Source: a virus | Virus record (IMG/VR): IMGVR_UViG_3300033149_006612 | Location: 16,183 to 80,182 of that record | DNA: 64,000 bases | Direction: 5' to 3' (one strand) | In this document: positions 45,308-55,554 of the stretch, piece after piece | Numbering within the stretch: the first letter of the stretch is position 1 | Layout: every line of letters starts with the position of its first letter | Program-made: the position numbers and the translations under genes | The notes under the pieces: generated by a model | Databases searched by the model: none | What the model saw: the letters and a program-made list of their open reading frames with translations, nothing else | What the model was told of the DNA's origin: nothing

Positions 45308-46344
45308 TATGCGTCCATCTCCATCCCGAATTCGGTATTAAGTAGATTGGCCAGCGTCCAACCTGCCCCGGTGGGGTCAAGTTCGAAGATGTGCTGTAGG
45401 TTGTTGTACTCGTCGCTGAACACCGGCAGTTGGTCGCTTAAATCGTCCGTAGCGGCCCTCCTCTGAAGTGCTTTTAGATACCTATGACCGCCGCTGTCCT
45501 TCTTCGACATCAGGTTGACAGCCGCGGCGAACACCGTACCGCCGGTCGGCGTCGGACTGTCAAAGGTGTAGGAGTCCAGCTGCCCGGCCGTGGCGCTATA
45601 TACATAGCTGGTATCGTCGTCCGGAGGATTTTCATCTACCATCTCATAGTTATTCGATCCTCCGGATCGACTCCACTGACTGTAATTCCCGGCCCCGTTC
45701 GGTAGCAGGCCCTCCACCCGGACGTCGGCCAACCGGGTAACATTCCCAACAGCGTCGTTCGGGTCCATGATGTAGACATCGTCCACCCACTGCTTATCCA
45801 AATTCGTAGTGAGCGCAGACCACCTGTCGGAGAAGGCTAAAACGCAGATATTCGAACTATCGGATCCACCCTTGGTATCCTGCCCGGTCAGGTTCAAGAC
45901 CTGTACGTCGTCCACCCAGACGATGGAGGTACCGACCGTATTATCAACCTTAATCCGCCATTCAATATAGCACCAACCACCGGCTTTACAGATCGGGGTC
46001 CCGGTTCCTCCGATCTTGGTACCGGGCGATCCACCATAAGCGTTAATGTGCATGGCCGGAGTAATTTTCAGTGAGGCGTGGAAATCAAACGACCCCCAGA
46101 CCTGACAGATGGTCTGTTCCAACATCGGTGCCTGATCAATCTTCCAGGCAAATCCGATGATCAGATCGTTACTGTCCTCGATCCTCATCTCCCAGTAGTC
46201 ACGCGGCGTGTCCCAACTGACCGCTCCTCCCCCCCATCTGCCCTCACCGTTGATCACGGGAGGACCGCTGAGACTATAATAGTCATCCAGTTTATCCAGG
46301 ATGACCGTGTAATGATCGAATCCGTCTACCCTAATCAGGCTCAC
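45307..46344 (-). CDS. Virion protein, paralogue 1 (LamG-like)
   Basis: DGFDHY, WCYIE, DDVYI, NYEMVDE. Confidence 0.7.
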   Translation of the reverse strand: MSLIRVDGFDHYTVILDKLDDYYSLSGPPVINGEGRWGGGAVSWDTPRDYWEMRIEDSNDLIIGFAWKIDQAPMLEQTICQVWGSFDFHASLKITPAMHINAYGGSPGTKIGGTGTPICKAGGWCYIEWRIKVDNTVGTSIVWVDDVQVLNLTGQDTKGGSDSSNICVLAFSDRWSALTTNLDKQWVDDVYIMDPNDAVGNVTRLADVRVEGLLPNGAGNYSQWSRSGGSNNYEMVDENPPDDDTSYVYSATAGQLDSYTFDSPTPTGGTVFAAAVNLMSKKDSGGHRYLKALQRRAATDDLSDQLPVFSDEYNNLQHIFELDPTGAGWTLANLLNTEFGMEMDA

Positions 46345-47108
46345 AGCTCAATCCTTACTCCCTTGCTCTCTTCCACCATGGTGATGTCGGCGCTGAACCG
46401 ACACGGCGCTATCGATCTGACGTTCCAATCGGGATTCTTCCTACCGTAGATCAGGAAAGGTCGCGCCAGAATCGGTACGAAGAGAAACGGCCTACCGTCC
46501 CCCCTGACGGCATCATGCATGTTGAATACGTCGTCCCGCTCCGATTCGGTCAACGGTTCAAACCGATACGATCTACTCTCCAGGTTATACATGTCATAGG
46601 TGTGTCTCACCCCGCGCTGCGTCTGATGCCTGACCTTGACCTCCTCCATCGCTTCGCCATGACCGATCTCGAACATCACCGGCAATTCGACCATCAGGCC
46701 GATGATCAGTTCCCCGATCTCGGTATTTTCACTGTTCGCGTCCGTAATCTGGATGTATATGTCCCTCGATTGCTCCGGCGTGTCCAACCTCCAGTACATG
46801 TCCTTCAACCGATAAGTCGGGCTTCCACCGACCGGAACCGGAGACCCGGTTCCGGCAATGTCGGCCAGCACCACGATCGACACCGAAGGATGGAAGTTAT
46901 GACCGATGAAAGCTATGGTGTCCCACGTCTTAACCTCCCCCATATCGATGTTGATATTTCCCCCGGTGGTCACGGTAAACCTGAACGGTTTCGCCGGATT
47001 CCTGTTATAGAGGTTCTCCTTAGGATAACCGGCGTCCTCGGTGGAAACCGATACCGTGGAATCCTCCAGGTAATTCGTCACTACATAACCGGGGTATTTA
47101 CTGCCCAT
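46341..47108 (-). CDS. Putative distal tail protein
   Basis: Immediately after the tape measure; YPKENL, IGELIIG, G..RPFLF. Confidence 0.6.
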   Translation of the reverse strand: MGSKYPGYVVTNYLEDSTVSVSTEDAGYPKENLYNRNPAKPFRFTVTTGGNINIDMGEVKTWDTIAFIGHNFHPSVSIVVLADIAGTGSPVPVGGSPTYRLKDMYWRLDTPEQSRDIYIQITDANSENTEIGELIIGLMVELPVMFEIGHGEAMEEVKVRHQTQRGVRHTYDMYNLESRSYRFEPLTESERDDVFNMHDAVRGDGRPFLFVPILARPFLIYGRKNPDWNVRSIAPCRFSADITMVEESKGVRIEL

Positions 47109-50100
47109 TTAAGGTCCCCTGTATCCTTCTAATGCGTTCGGCCGTCCGTTCCGCAATCTGAGCGGCGTTCCGCTCCATTAACTCGTTAATCCTCATAGCC
47201 AACGCTTCATCATCCTGCACATCACCTTCTACCGTGATGGGAGAATTTACATTTACACTGACGTTAACCGACCGGCCCCCGGCAGGCATCCTGCTGACCG
47301 GTTCCCCGCCACGCCTGGCATTAAAGACGTCGGCGAACGACTGCTGCAGCCGGGACATGGCCGCCGATTGCCTCCTGTTTATTATCTCCTCACCGGCGTG
47401 TACAAAAGCCAGGCCGGATCTCTCAACGAATCCCCCGATTTGACCACCGGGCGGTCTTATTCCGGGTGGAGACCCGATCTGCGCATACCGTGCATCAACA
47501 TCACCGAACGGGATACCGGTTATGCTGTTTATCGCGTCCACCGCGCTACCGGTGTCATCCCTGATGTCGGCCAGATCGGAATTGATTGAGGCTGCCGTGT
47601 CCGACGACGCCGCTTTAACATTCGCCAAAGCGTCGATCAATCGTTCAATCGCCACCTCAAACCGTTTCGTCATATCCTCGATGGCCGATGCCAGGGTATC
47701 CTGCAGCCCCTCTACCTCGCCCATCACATCCTGCACGACTGCCTGTGCCTTTTCATTGTCGGCAATGAATTCGGCCAACGACAGCCCGGCCGCCTGTGCC
47801 TCCTGAACGATCCGGGTAAAGGCCTCAAACTTAGACACATCCCCGCCGAGTTCATTGATCTTCTTTCGTATCTCGTCGGTGAGCTCTCCGGTCTCCAGGA
47901 ACTGGGCAACCCAACCCTGGGTCGCCGGTAACAGTTCTTCCAACTCGTTCCTCAAGGTGCCGAACTCATTCTGCAGTTCCTTGGTGGCTCGGAGTTCTGC
48001 GTTCAGACCCTCCACGGACGCAGCCAGGACCGGATCGACGGCTTCAAACTTAGCCTTCAACTCATCGGTCAGCCGCCCGGTCTCAAGGAAATCGGTCACC
48101 AGGTCTTGAAGCTCCTCATCCAGCCTCTCAAAACTGCTGGCAGCCTGGTCAACCCCTCCGGCCATCTCGATCACCTGGTCTATCAATCCCCGGTAATCGA
48201 CCCCGATGGCCTGTTGGAATCCGGGTCCCGCACTGTCCAGCAGGATCTTCAACTGTCTCCCAAATTCCTCCATATTGCCTTCTTCAACCGCCTGTCTGGC
48301 CGCATCGCTGAGGTCGAAGAAAACCGATCCGCCCTCCCGGGTGTACTTCAATCCGGCCGCTACCGCCTTGGCCCCCGCCTCCGCACTGAAGGCAATCCGG
48401 GACATGTTCTTAATAAAGACGTCGGCCGTGGTTTTACCGGTTAAACCCTGCAGGGCTGCAAAGAGGGTGGTGGTCTCCTTCCTGTGATGCTCCAACGCCT
48501 TAGCCGTGGTCTTCAAGGTCTCGGTGATGAATTGATTCACGTTACCTAGACCGGAGAAATCCCGGACGGTTTCTTCATCGAATTTTTCCTTGGCCGTTTT
48601 CTTGAACAACCCGACGAGCGCACCGACACCCTTGGTGATGAGCCCCGGTAACATCGCCAGACCACCGCTCACCAGGCCGCTCACCAGGCCGCCCGCCAGG
48701 CCGCCGAACAACCCGCCGAGATTTAGACCGCCGAGCTTCAGACCGCCGAACAGGCCACTGATTCCGCCGCCGATTTTATCGCTCAGCTTACTGAACGCAC
48801 CCGCTAACGGCTGCATCAGACCGACGGTTGTGGTCTGGAGCAATGAAGAGCCCAACTGTTTAAACATACCCTTCATCGTCTCGCCGAAGCTCTTACCTTC
48901 GAAGATGATGTCGGACAGGCCCTGGGCGAAGTTGGATGTTATATTCCCCATGGCCGTACTCCAGACCTTCTCCCACTTTTCGGCCTCCTCCTGATTTCTC
49001 TGTAACTCCTCGGTGAACTCGATGGCCGCCCTGACCTCGTCGCTGAGTTCGATCCCGAGCTTGTCAGCCTGGTCCTTCATCTTGGCGAGTGCACCGCCGT
49101 CCCTGCCGATCATGACGAGGATGTCCTCCAGGTCGAAACCCCGCTGGGTCAATTCCTGGAAGACCGTGTTGACATCTTCGATTTCCTGAGCCAGTTCTCG
49201 CTTTCTCTTAAAGACGTCCAGCGTAACGTCGGAGAGAACGCCGAATTCGTCGGACAGCTTGACTGTCTGTGGGACCTCGGCCATAATCAACGCCGTACCC
49301 TCTCTAATACTCCTGTTTAACTTTTTCTTTTCGGCCTCGACGATCTTCAATGCGTTCTTGTGGCCCTCGGCCTTCCTGGCTGCCTCCTCAAGACCGGTGA
49401 TGAATTCCGGTAACTCCTTGTTCGATTCACCCAGGGCGGTATTCAATTCACGCTGTTTCTTAGCCGCATCGATTATCTGTTTGCCATAGGCCGCTATCAG
49501 TTCTTCCTTACTGAACCCCTCCTTGTTCAGTTTAATCAACATCTCCTCCAGGTTGGCTGCCGGGTTTAACAGGTCCCTGGTCCTGCTCTTCAGAGCCTCA
49601 AGTGCCTTGGCCTCCCTCTCGATCTCATCTGTACTCCTCCCGACGACCTTACCTAGACCGGTCTCGATCTTATCCAACTGTTCGAGAGTCCTACCGGCGT
49701 CCTCAGCCTCGTCCGAAACGGTCCCCAGCTCCTCACCCTGGTCTGCAAGCTCCTCGGTCACGGCCTTGAAACTGTCGGCCGCAGCGTCGGCGTCCTTCCC
49801 GGCCACACCGAGCCATTCGCCAAATGCCCGTATCCTGTCGGCCACCCAGCCCAGGGTATCCGCGATCTTCTGCAGCCAGAAATTGATCGCCACCTTAAGA
49901 ATATCGGCAAACCAACTGAGGATCGGACCTACTACGTCCTTAACCGCCGAAGCGAGGGTCAGGAACGCCGGACCCAACCCCTCCTTGATCCATTTCCAGA
50001 TGCCCCGGAACAGGTCCATCAGGGCAGACCCGACATCGGATAGGGCATCCCACACCGCCCCCAACGCCTCAGAGTCCGCGGCCAGGCCTACCAGCAGGCC

Positions 50101-51678
50101 CGTTAAAACCGTGATCCCCGCTATCCATCCAGCCGGACCGCTGATGACCGCCAATACCGACGACGCCGCCGTGCCCAGGGTGCCTAAAAACCCGGTAACC
50201 GAGGTCATGGTTACGCCCAGGGTGCCTAACGCACTACCGATTCCTCCAACTGCCGTAACCAGCTGGCCGACGATTACCAGGATGGGTCCTATCGCCGCCA
50301 GTAAAGCGGCAAAGGCAAGGACGGCGTTCTGCAGGGAGCCCGGCAGCTTGCTGAACCATTCGACACCGGTCTTGATCCAATCCACGAGGGTCATTAATGC
50401 CGGTATGATCTTCTCGTTAACGACCGGTAATAAGGCCTGCCCCATCTGAACGGCTGCCGCCCGCATGGAGGCCACGAATTGGTTCCACATGGCCGTGGTA
50501 GTCTTTTGAGATTCCTCAAACGTCCCATTCACATCCAGTAGGCTTTCGTTCATATCCCGGGAGATCCGGATGAACTCCTCGGCCTGTGATCCGGTAACAC
50601 CCAGGACGCCCGACAAAGCCCGGATGTTGGGAATCAACTTGGCCAACCGTTCCTCGGCCTCAGACTGGCTGGCCGACATCTCGCGCACCCTCCTGACTAT
50701 GTCAACCAAGGCCTGCGCGAATCCCCGCTCCCTGATCTGATCCTTGAATTCCTCGGCAGTGGTGCCCAGAGCAGCGAAGGTCTCCACCGTCTGATTGGCC
50801 GGTTTGATGAGAGTAGCCAGCGTCCCCCGGAGTGCCGTTACCGCTTCAGCCGAGTCCACACCCAATCGGGTAAAGGTGGCCACGAAAGAACCGACCTCCC
50901 CGAAGGATACCCCGACCTGAGAAGCCACACCCAATACCCGGCCGAGAGAACCGGCGAGGTCTGAAGCCTCTAGGTTACCCTCCCGGACGGTCTGGATGAG
51001 GACGGCCGTGGCCTTTTCGGCGTTCAGGTTCTCGGACCCGTACGCCTGCACCGCCGCCGTAACCGACCTGGCAATCTCGGCGGTCTCACCCAGTCCGATG
51101 GCCGACGCTTTAGCGGCGTTCTCAAGGATCTGCATGGCATCGGCACCGCGAGCACCGGCGGAGGTAACGACGAACAGCGCCTCCGCCAGTTCCTGCGGTC
51201 CCTTACCGACCTTAGGCCCAAGCTCAAGGATCGCGTCCCCCCATTCATCAACCTGCTCCTGGTTGATCCCGACCAGGGTATTGATGGTCTTCATCTGCTC
51301 TTCAAAATCAGCAGCGAATTTGACGGAGGCAACCCCGGCTGCGGCTAGAGGGAGGGTAAAGGCAGCGGTCATCCGACCGCCGATGGCGGTCATCTCCCCA
51401 CCTACCGTCTTAAGCTTTTCACCCGCAGATTTGAGGTCCCCGGCCGAAGTACCGAGCTTTTTACTGAACTGCTCCCAGGCAGTGGTAGTCTGCTTAACCT
51501 CTCTTTGCTGGTCGTCCAGGGATTTACTTAACTCGTCGGACGCCTTCTTGGTCTTCTTCAGGCTCCCGGCACCCTTCTCCAACTTCTTCATCTCCCTGTC
51601 GATCTCGGCAGAGAGTTTCCTAAAGAGTTTTTTGAGAGCCTTAGGATCGGCTGTTAATTGGAATCTGATCTCCGGCAA
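47098..51678 (-). CDS. Tape measure protein (TP901-type core)
   Basis: 1526 aa, helical and Ala-rich, TLPLAAAG..SVKFAADFE, central hydrophobic segments, GG.V..SGLAFVHAGEEI. Confidence 0.92.
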   Translation of the reverse strand: MPEIRFQLTADPKALKKLFRKLSAEIDREMKKLEKGAGSLKKTKKASDELSKSLDDQQREVKQTTTAWEQFSKKLGTSAGDLKSAGEKLKTVGGEMTAIGGRMTAAFTLPLAAAGVASVKFAADFEEQMKTINTLVGINQEQVDEWGDAILELGPKVGKGPQELAEALFVVTSAGARGADAMQILENAAKASAIGLGETAEIARSVTAAVQAYGSENLNAEKATAVLIQTVREGNLEASDLAGSLGRVLGVASQVGVSFGEVGSFVATFTRLGVDSAEAVTALRGTLATLIKPANQTVETFAALGTTAEEFKDQIRERGFAQALVDIVRRVREMSASQSEAEERLAKLIPNIRALSGVLGVTGSQAEEFIRISRDMNESLLDVNGTFEESQKTTTAMWNQFVASMRAAAVQMGQALLPVVNEKIIPALMTLVDWIKTGVEWFSKLPGSLQNAVLAFAALLAAIGPILVIVGQLVTAVGGIGSALGTLGVTMTSVTGFLGTLGTAASSVLAVISGPAGWIAGITVLTGLLVGLAADSEALGAVWDALSDVGSALMDLFRGIWKWIKEGLGPAFLTLASAVKDVVGPILSWFADILKVAINFWLQKIADTLGWVADRIRAFGEWLGVAGKDADAAADSFKAVTEELADQGEELGTVSDEAEDAGRTLEQLDKIETGLGKVVGRSTDEIEREAKALEALKSRTRDLLNPAANLEEMLIKLNKEGFSKEELIAAYGKQIIDAAKKQRELNTALGESNKELPEFITGLEEAARKAEGHKNALKIVEAEKKKLNRSIREGTALIMAEVPQTVKLSDEFGVLSDVTLDVFKRKRELAQEIEDVNTVFQELTQRGFDLEDILVMIGRDGGALAKMKDQADKLGIELSDEVRAAIEFTEELQRNQEEAEKWEKVWSTAMGNITSNFAQGLSDIIFEGKSFGETMKGMFKQLGSSLLQTTTVGLMQPLAGAFSKLSDKIGGGISGLFGGLKLGGLNLGGLFGGLAGGLVSGLVSGGLAMLPGLITKGVGALVGLFKKTAKEKFDEETVRDFSGLGNVNQFITETLKTTAKALEHHRKETTTLFAALQGLTGKTTADVFIKNMSRIAFSAEAGAKAVAAGLKYTREGGSVFFDLSDAARQAVEEGNMEEFGRQLKILLDSAGPGFQQAIGVDYRGLIDQVIEMAGGVDQAASSFERLDEELQDLVTDFLETGRLTDELKAKFEAVDPVLAASVEGLNAELRATKELQNEFGTLRNELEELLPATQGWVAQFLETGELTDEIRKKINELGGDVSKFEAFTRIVQEAQAAGLSLAEFIADNEKAQAVVQDVMGEVEGLQDTLASAIEDMTKRFEVAIERLIDALANVKAASSDTAASINSDLADIRDDTGSAVDAINSITGIPFGDVDARYAQIGSPPGIRPPGGQIGGFVERSGLAFVHAGEEIINRRQSAAMSRLQQSFADVFNARRGGEPVSRMPAGGRSVNVSVNVNSPITVEGDVQDDEALAMRINELMERNAAQIAERTAERIRRIQGTLNGQ

Positions 51679-51680
51679 AG

Positions 51681-52199
51681 CTAGTCTCCGGATGGCTTAT
51701 CCCCACCACCAAAAATCATGGCGAGCAGATCCGCGAGGTGATGCTTGAGGATTAGAGCATCACGTTCAGCGTCAAGAGCCCGCTTAAATTCGAAACCCAT
51801 CCTACAAAGGACCGCCTCTTCCGGGTACAGGTCCCTGGGTCCATAACGGACCCCCATCCGTAGGTCATCGACGATGTCGAAGATGTGGGTGGTGGCCTGC
51901 TGCCACTCTTCTATAAAATCGGGATCTAGCTCTACCCCCTCCCTCCTCAGATTCTTCCACTTCCTATATGGGTTATTCTTGCAACCGTCACATGCCATGG
52001 CGGAGGTCCGGAGCTTAAGGCAATGTACGGCATCCGGATTATCGTCCCGTATCTGCTGCTGCCGGGCTTCATCCCCGAGTGCTTCATACATCTCAAAGAA
52101 ATCGGCCTCCTCCGGGCAACCCTCTCGATAATCCTTCTCGGCGAGTCGTCGTAGATTTTGGAGGACGACTTTAAATTCGTCCTCTACTACGCGTTTTTT
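51681..52199 (-). CDS. Tail assembly chaperone, -1 frameshift extension (gpT-like)
   Basis: Open -1 frame reached through slippery A AAA AAC at 52199-52193; ends 2 nt before the tape measure start. Confidence 0.75.
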   Translation of the reverse strand, partial: KKRVVEDEFKVVLQNLRRLAEKDYREGCPEEADFFEMYEALGDEARQQQIRDDNPDAVHCLKLRTSAMACDGCKNNPYRKWKNLRREGVELDPDFIEEWQQATTHIFDIVDDLRMGVRYGPRDLYPEEAVLCRMGFEFKRALDAERDALILKHHLADLLAMIFGGGDKPSGD

Positions 52200-53044
52200 A
52201 TCATCACCCCCTTGAACAGCTCGGCAAGGACGAAATGTTTCCACCAGAACGGGATCGACCCCACCCACCTGTCCTTGTTGTCCAGGGTACATTCGACGCC
52301 GCCCAGGGTAACCCCGGTGACCTCCTGTATCATATCGTCATAGATATGTTCCACGACCGTGTAATCCTCGACCCTCATCCATTCGGATTTCCTGGTCTTC
52401 ATCCTGCTCTGACCGGTGGCCATGGTGTGCCTCCGGGTATCAAATTCGGTCTCCCTCCGGAACCTGTGAACGATCTCGATTGAATCAATCCTCTCCCTGT
52501 CCGGATTCCAGAGTTCAAAGGTAGTCCTGATCTTCCGATCCCTGGCCTTCCCGATGATAAACCTGGCCTGGGCCGGAGCCTCCACGGTCTGGATCGCCAC
52601 GTTACCGTACCCGTTCATGACGATCCTCTCCTCGATCTTAAGCCGAGGATTGTCTTTGATCCATTCTACCTGTTCCTCCACCGGCGGATCGTACGGTTCC
52701 CCCGACTCGTCCACCGCTTCGACTCCCGACATACGGATGAAGTACTTCCAGAAAAACTGATAGGCAGGACTGGCATCCGGTTTAAGTGTGAGCTCGTCCT
52801 TCCCCAGTTTAACCTTGGTGCTCGAGTCCTCAAGGAACTTTTTGATGTCCTTGGCCGTATACGGCCGCATATGAATGAGGATCATATACTCCGTCCCATC
52901 GTCGTCAATGGTTATCGGAAATATGAGCTCCTCGGCTTCGAGCTCGTACTTAGGGTCGTCCTCGATGACCAGCTGGCCTTCTAGGTTGAGTTCGGAAACC
53001 GTTCCGGCCGCCGATTCCTTCTCCGGGGCTTGATTCTTTACCAT
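52187..53044 (-). CDS. Tail assembly chaperone (gpG-like)
   Basis: Between the major tail protein and tape measure; ends ATA AAA AAC GCG TAG. Confidence 0.75.
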   Translation of the reverse strand: MVKNQAPEKESAAGTVSELNLEGQLVIEDDPKYELEAEELIFPITIDDDGTEYMILIHMRPYTAKDIKKFLEDSSTKVKLGKDELTLKPDASPAYQFFWKYFIRMSGVEAVDESGEPYDPPVEEQVEWIKDNPRLKIEERIVMNGYGNVAIQTVEAPAQARFIIGKARDRKIRTTFELWNPDRERIDSIEIVHRFRRETEFDTRRHTMATGQSRMKTRKSEWMRVEDYTVVEHIYDDMIQEVTGVTLGGVECTLDNKDRWVGSIPFWWKHFVLAELFKGVMIKNA

Positions 53045-53126
53045 TTTACCTTACTCCTTTTTCCATCTACCTCGTGATCCAGCTTCAGGGATTAATTTTT
53101 GATCACGATAACCGCCAGGGTAAAAA

Positions 53127-53477
53127 CTAACTCGGGTTATATGGGCAACCGTCACATGCCATCGATGATGCCTGGAGCATGTTGCAGATTAAACCCAGCT
53201 CCCGTAATGCCTTCATATCTCCTATACGTTTTTGAATTTCCGGATAACGATGGGCCTCGGGGCAATGATCACCCTCAACCACCAGGTTGAAATCCAGCAC
53301 CGTAATTACCACCGCTCCACGTTTCCCCTTCCATTCCAGCCTGATGTCCTCCAGTTCCCCTCCGATCTTACCGATCAGCCGATCTTCGAAATAAAGCCGG
53401 GACTGGTACTTCTGGGTGGTGTCTATAACGACTGTAAGCTTACTGGCCTGTGCTCTGCCGGATCCTCTTTTAACCAT
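53127..53477 (-). CDS. Hypothetical protein with four-Cys motif
   Basis: CPE...C-x8-CDGC..NP shared with the chaperone extension. Confidence 0.65.
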   Translation of the reverse strand: MVKRGSGRAQASKLTVVIDTTQKYQSRLYFEDRLIGKIGGELEDIRLEWKGKRGAVVITVLDFNLVVEGDHCPEAHRYPEIQKRIGDMKALRELGLICNMLQASSMACDGCPYNPS

Positions 53478-54001
53478 GCCATCGAAATCCCCGCTTTATA
53501 TACCTGCCAACTGAAATAGATGTCGTGCCCCCCATATGGCCTGTCCTCCTCCTGGAGTGTCACCCTCCATGCACCGGCTGAACCGCTGTGAACCAATTTA
53601 CATCTAACGTCGGTCTTGAACCACGGATCCTCGATCCGATCAAATACCCCCCGGCGTACCAACGTACAGCCGAGGCCCACCCAGGTGAAATCCAGTACCA
53701 CCCCCCCGCAGAGGGTCTTCCCGTCCTTCCGGAGCGGGTATCCGACCCCGACTACCTCGGATGGGCAGCTGAGCATCCTGGCCAGGGTCCCGGGTCGGGG
53801 TATTACGTCTTCCTCCACGAACCATAGGTGGGTGGCCCCGGAGTCTAACCCCCGCCGGGTTAACCACGTACAGCAGTCTGGAATGGGTCTGTTATGGGAA
53901 AACAATAATTCGTGGGGGTACTCCCGAACCTCCCGGTATACCGCCTCCAGCGTCCGGGATCTCAGGAGCCCACGTGTAGGGAAAAGGACCGCTACGAGCA
54001 T
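53423..54001 (-). CDS. GT-A fold glycosyltransferase-like protein
   Basis: THLWFVEED, GLGCTLVRRGVF, PWF, GGHDIYF. Confidence 0.75.
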   Translation of the reverse strand: MLVAVLFPTRGLLRSRTLEAVYREVREYPHELLFSHNRPIPDCCTWLTRRGLDSGATHLWFVEEDVIPRPGTLARMLSCPSEVVGVGYPLRKDGKTLCGGVVLDFTWVGLGCTLVRRGVFDRIEDPWFKTDVRCKLVHSGSAGAWRVTLQEEDRPYGGHDIYFSWQVYKAGISMAWLKEDPAEHRPVSLQSL

Positions 54002-54099
54002 GTATCCCCTGTCCTTCCTCATAGTACAATGACTGTATCTATACCTCCAAACTTCGCATCTGAGAGGAGGCAAAGGAAACAACCCACAGCGGTCTCAGC

Positions 54100-55143
54100 T
54101 TAAGCCGCTACCAACAACTCCGAGGTAAAGTCCGTAGTCAGGATTTCGATCTGAAGGTGTTCATCCGACCCGGATTTCAACACTGACTCCTCCGAGAACG
54201 TCAGCGTGTACGAGACGGTTTGACCCTCCTCACCGAACGATTCCTCAGCAATGACCAGATTCGGAATCTTGATCGTCATCGAATGTAGGTTGGTGTTGAT
54301 CGTACTGCCCGGTGCATAGGCAATCAGCCAGAGTTCCGATACGACCTCATCCTGAAATCGGACGGCCTCCGCGGCGTCTACCTTGATGGTGATGCTGCCG
54401 GTCACCGTCTGATCACCGATCAGGACCTCCGACAGGTAATTGGAATCCGCACAATCGGTTTCGATCAGCCAGAGTTGGTCCGGATTCTGGTTGGCTGTGA
54501 TGTTCCAGTTCAACACCTTGGCTGTGATGTCGAGCGGGTTATCGGCGTCCCCTAGCTTGACCTGTCCACAAAGCGTCTTGAAGAACACCGCCGAGCTGAT
54601 GCCGGGGCTGGTAATTACGGCATCCTCCCTCTTCCGGGCTGCCCCATCGAAGCTCAGGACGACATGGTCATCCCTAGCACCGGTTAAGGTGAATGAGTTC
54701 AGGTAGACGCCGCTTAAACGCTTAGTCCACTCGGCACCCATCTTTTCATACATCGTGGTGTACAGGACCTCCTTGTTGACGGACAGATCCTGCCAGGTTA
54801 TGGTGTACAGGTACTCATCCGGTGCACCGGCTGAATCCGGCTGGGTAGTAACGACGCTCCCCATGACGTAGGCAGCGGCGTACAGGGTCTCCAGATTGGT
54901 AGCCGAACGTTCTTGAGCATCGATGGCATAGAACCGCTGTACCACGTCATAAAACGTCGGATGGCTATGTCCTTTACCGTACCACGCCCGGTCAGACACG
55001 ATGGCTGGCCTCTGCTCCGTGGAGGGGGAGAACCCCCTTAATGACCTCTGCTTGTTAACCTGGCCCACGGCCACGGGAGTCTTGATGTCAGCCTGTTTGT
55101 TCAAGCTAAATATCTGTTCATATTCTCTCGCGTGAACAGTCAT
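54100..55143 (-). CDS. Major tail (tube) protein
   Basis: 347 aa, beta-rich, after the neck genes and before the chaperones; GAGGAGG RBS. Confidence 0.7.
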   Translation of the reverse strand: MTVHAREYEQIFSLNKQADIKTPVAVGQVNKQRSLRGFSPSTEQRPAIVSDRAWYGKGHSHPTFYDVVQRFYAIDAQERSATNLETLYAAAYVMGSVVTTQPDSAGAPDEYLYTITWQDLSVNKEVLYTTMYEKMGAEWTKRLSGVYLNSFTLTGARDDHVVLSFDGAARKREDAVITSPGISSAVFFKTLCGQVKLGDADNPLDITAKVLNWNITANQNPDQLWLIETDCADSNYLSEVLIGDQTVTGSITIKVDAAEAVRFQDEVVSELWLIAYAPGSTINTNLHSMTIKIPNLVIAEESFGEEGQTVSYTLTFSEESVLKSGSDEHLQIEILTTDFTSELLVAA

Positions 55144-55155
55144 CCTGCCTCCTCA

Positions 55156-55554
55156 CTACTTCTTAATTAATTCGAATAACCCGGTACGCGCCAGATTTGT
55201 GTCATACTCCTCTTTAGTCACCGTGATCGGGTTATCGACCTCCATGAATTTTCTACTATAGCCGCTACTCCCACTTTTGATCTCCACCCACGGTACTTTA
55301 ACCATGACTTTAACCGTCGGGTCAGGCTGTAAATCTGGAGTGACTGTCGCCTTTACCATCTCCGGAACCGGTTCCATGACTTTATATACTTCTTCAGGCT
55401 CGATCTCCTCGATTTCAGGTTGATCATTGTACTGCTCCAGAGCACGGATCAAATCTACCTTAAGAACCGCTCCGTTTACCCCGGTCCCCTTGACTGTCAG
55501 GCCCAGGGAATCCACCATATACTGAAGTTCCGATTTCGTCATCCTGTCATACAT
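55156..55554 (-). CDS. Small protein with HeH/E3-binding-like N-terminal motif
   Basis: MTKSELQYM...GL.VKGTGVNGAVLKVDLIRAL. Confidence 0.55.
   Translation of the reverse strand: MYDRMTKSELQYMVDSLGLTVKGTGVNGAVLKVDLIRALEQYNDQPEIEEIEPEEVYKVMEPVPEMVKATVTPDLQPDPTVKVMVKVPWVEIKSGSSGYSRKFMEVDNPITVTKEEYDTNLARTGLFELIKK

Noticed and set aside
43208-46344. Diversity-generating retroelement acting on tail paralogues
   Set aside because: No reverse transcriptase and no near-identical template/variable repeat pair with A-specific mismatches seen
48660-48775. GGL-type short repeats
   Set aside because: Ordinary low-complexity segment of the tape measure protein
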